The notes beneath the pieces were generated by a model. That model was not told the origin of the DNA. It did not search any database and saw only the letters and a list, made by a program, of their open reading frames with translations. From Sminthopsis crassicaudata (Eukaryota): a DNA stretch of 64,000 nucleotides. Of the stretch, positions 63,801-64,000 are shown piece by piece. The translations under genes and the position numbers were made by a program. Position 1 is the stretch's first letter. Each line of letters begins with the position of its first letter. The stretch is from positions 204,135,198 through 204,199,197 of the forward strand of contig NC_133622.1 of assembly GCF_048593235.1 (NCBI RefSeq). The letters are read 5' to 3'.

Positions 63801-64000
63801 TAATATCTGTCTACCCAGGTTACATGTACCTTCGGAATCTAATGCTTATTGTGCAACAAGAAAATGGTATTTACACACATGTATTGTATCTAGGTTATAT
63901 TGTAACACAAGTAAAATGTATGGGATTGCCTGTCATCGGGGGGAGGGAGTAGAGGGATGGGGGGATAATTTGGAAAAAGGAATACAAGGGATAATATTAT
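60834..64000 (+). mobile_element. Young L1 ORF2 (RT and C-terminal domains) and 3'UTR, 5'-truncated, running off the window; frameshift in an A13 run at 62424-62436
   Basis: ORFs 60825-62456 ([28 protein letters not shown]) and 62690-63682; near-identical to the 14-kb copy. Confidence 0.97.

Overview
Marsupial genomic DNA, probably dasyurid (inferred from WSINE1-, MAR1- and RTE-type repeats and marsupial-type L1), with two N-gaps. The left end holds NRIP3 coding exon 1 with a CRE/TATA promoter on the minus strand; its other exons lie outside the window. The centre is a serum amyloid A (SAA) cluster made of a head-to-head cassette present twice. Cassette 1 has intact SAA-A (minus, 127 aa) and intact SAA3-like SAA-B (plus, 124 aa). 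Cassette 2 has a frameshifted, truncated copy SAA-C (minus) and SAA-D (plus). SAA-D keeps all splice sites, the signal peptide and an open frame, but its mature region has been almost entirely rewritten into a new 94-aa precursor. It also has a tandemly duplicated promoter lacking the proximal NF-kB site. This is the strongest candidate for an undescribed gene. Between the cassettes lie a 30-bp VNTR, an orphan CpG island and an ASCL3 coding exon with a 7-bp frameshift. The rest is retroelement-rich: a TSD-bounded L1 3' transduction, a TSD-bounded 3'-truncated L1, and a young L1 ORF2 running off the right end. SAA-A to SAA-D are working labels. Identities were judged by eye and repeat boundaries are approximate.
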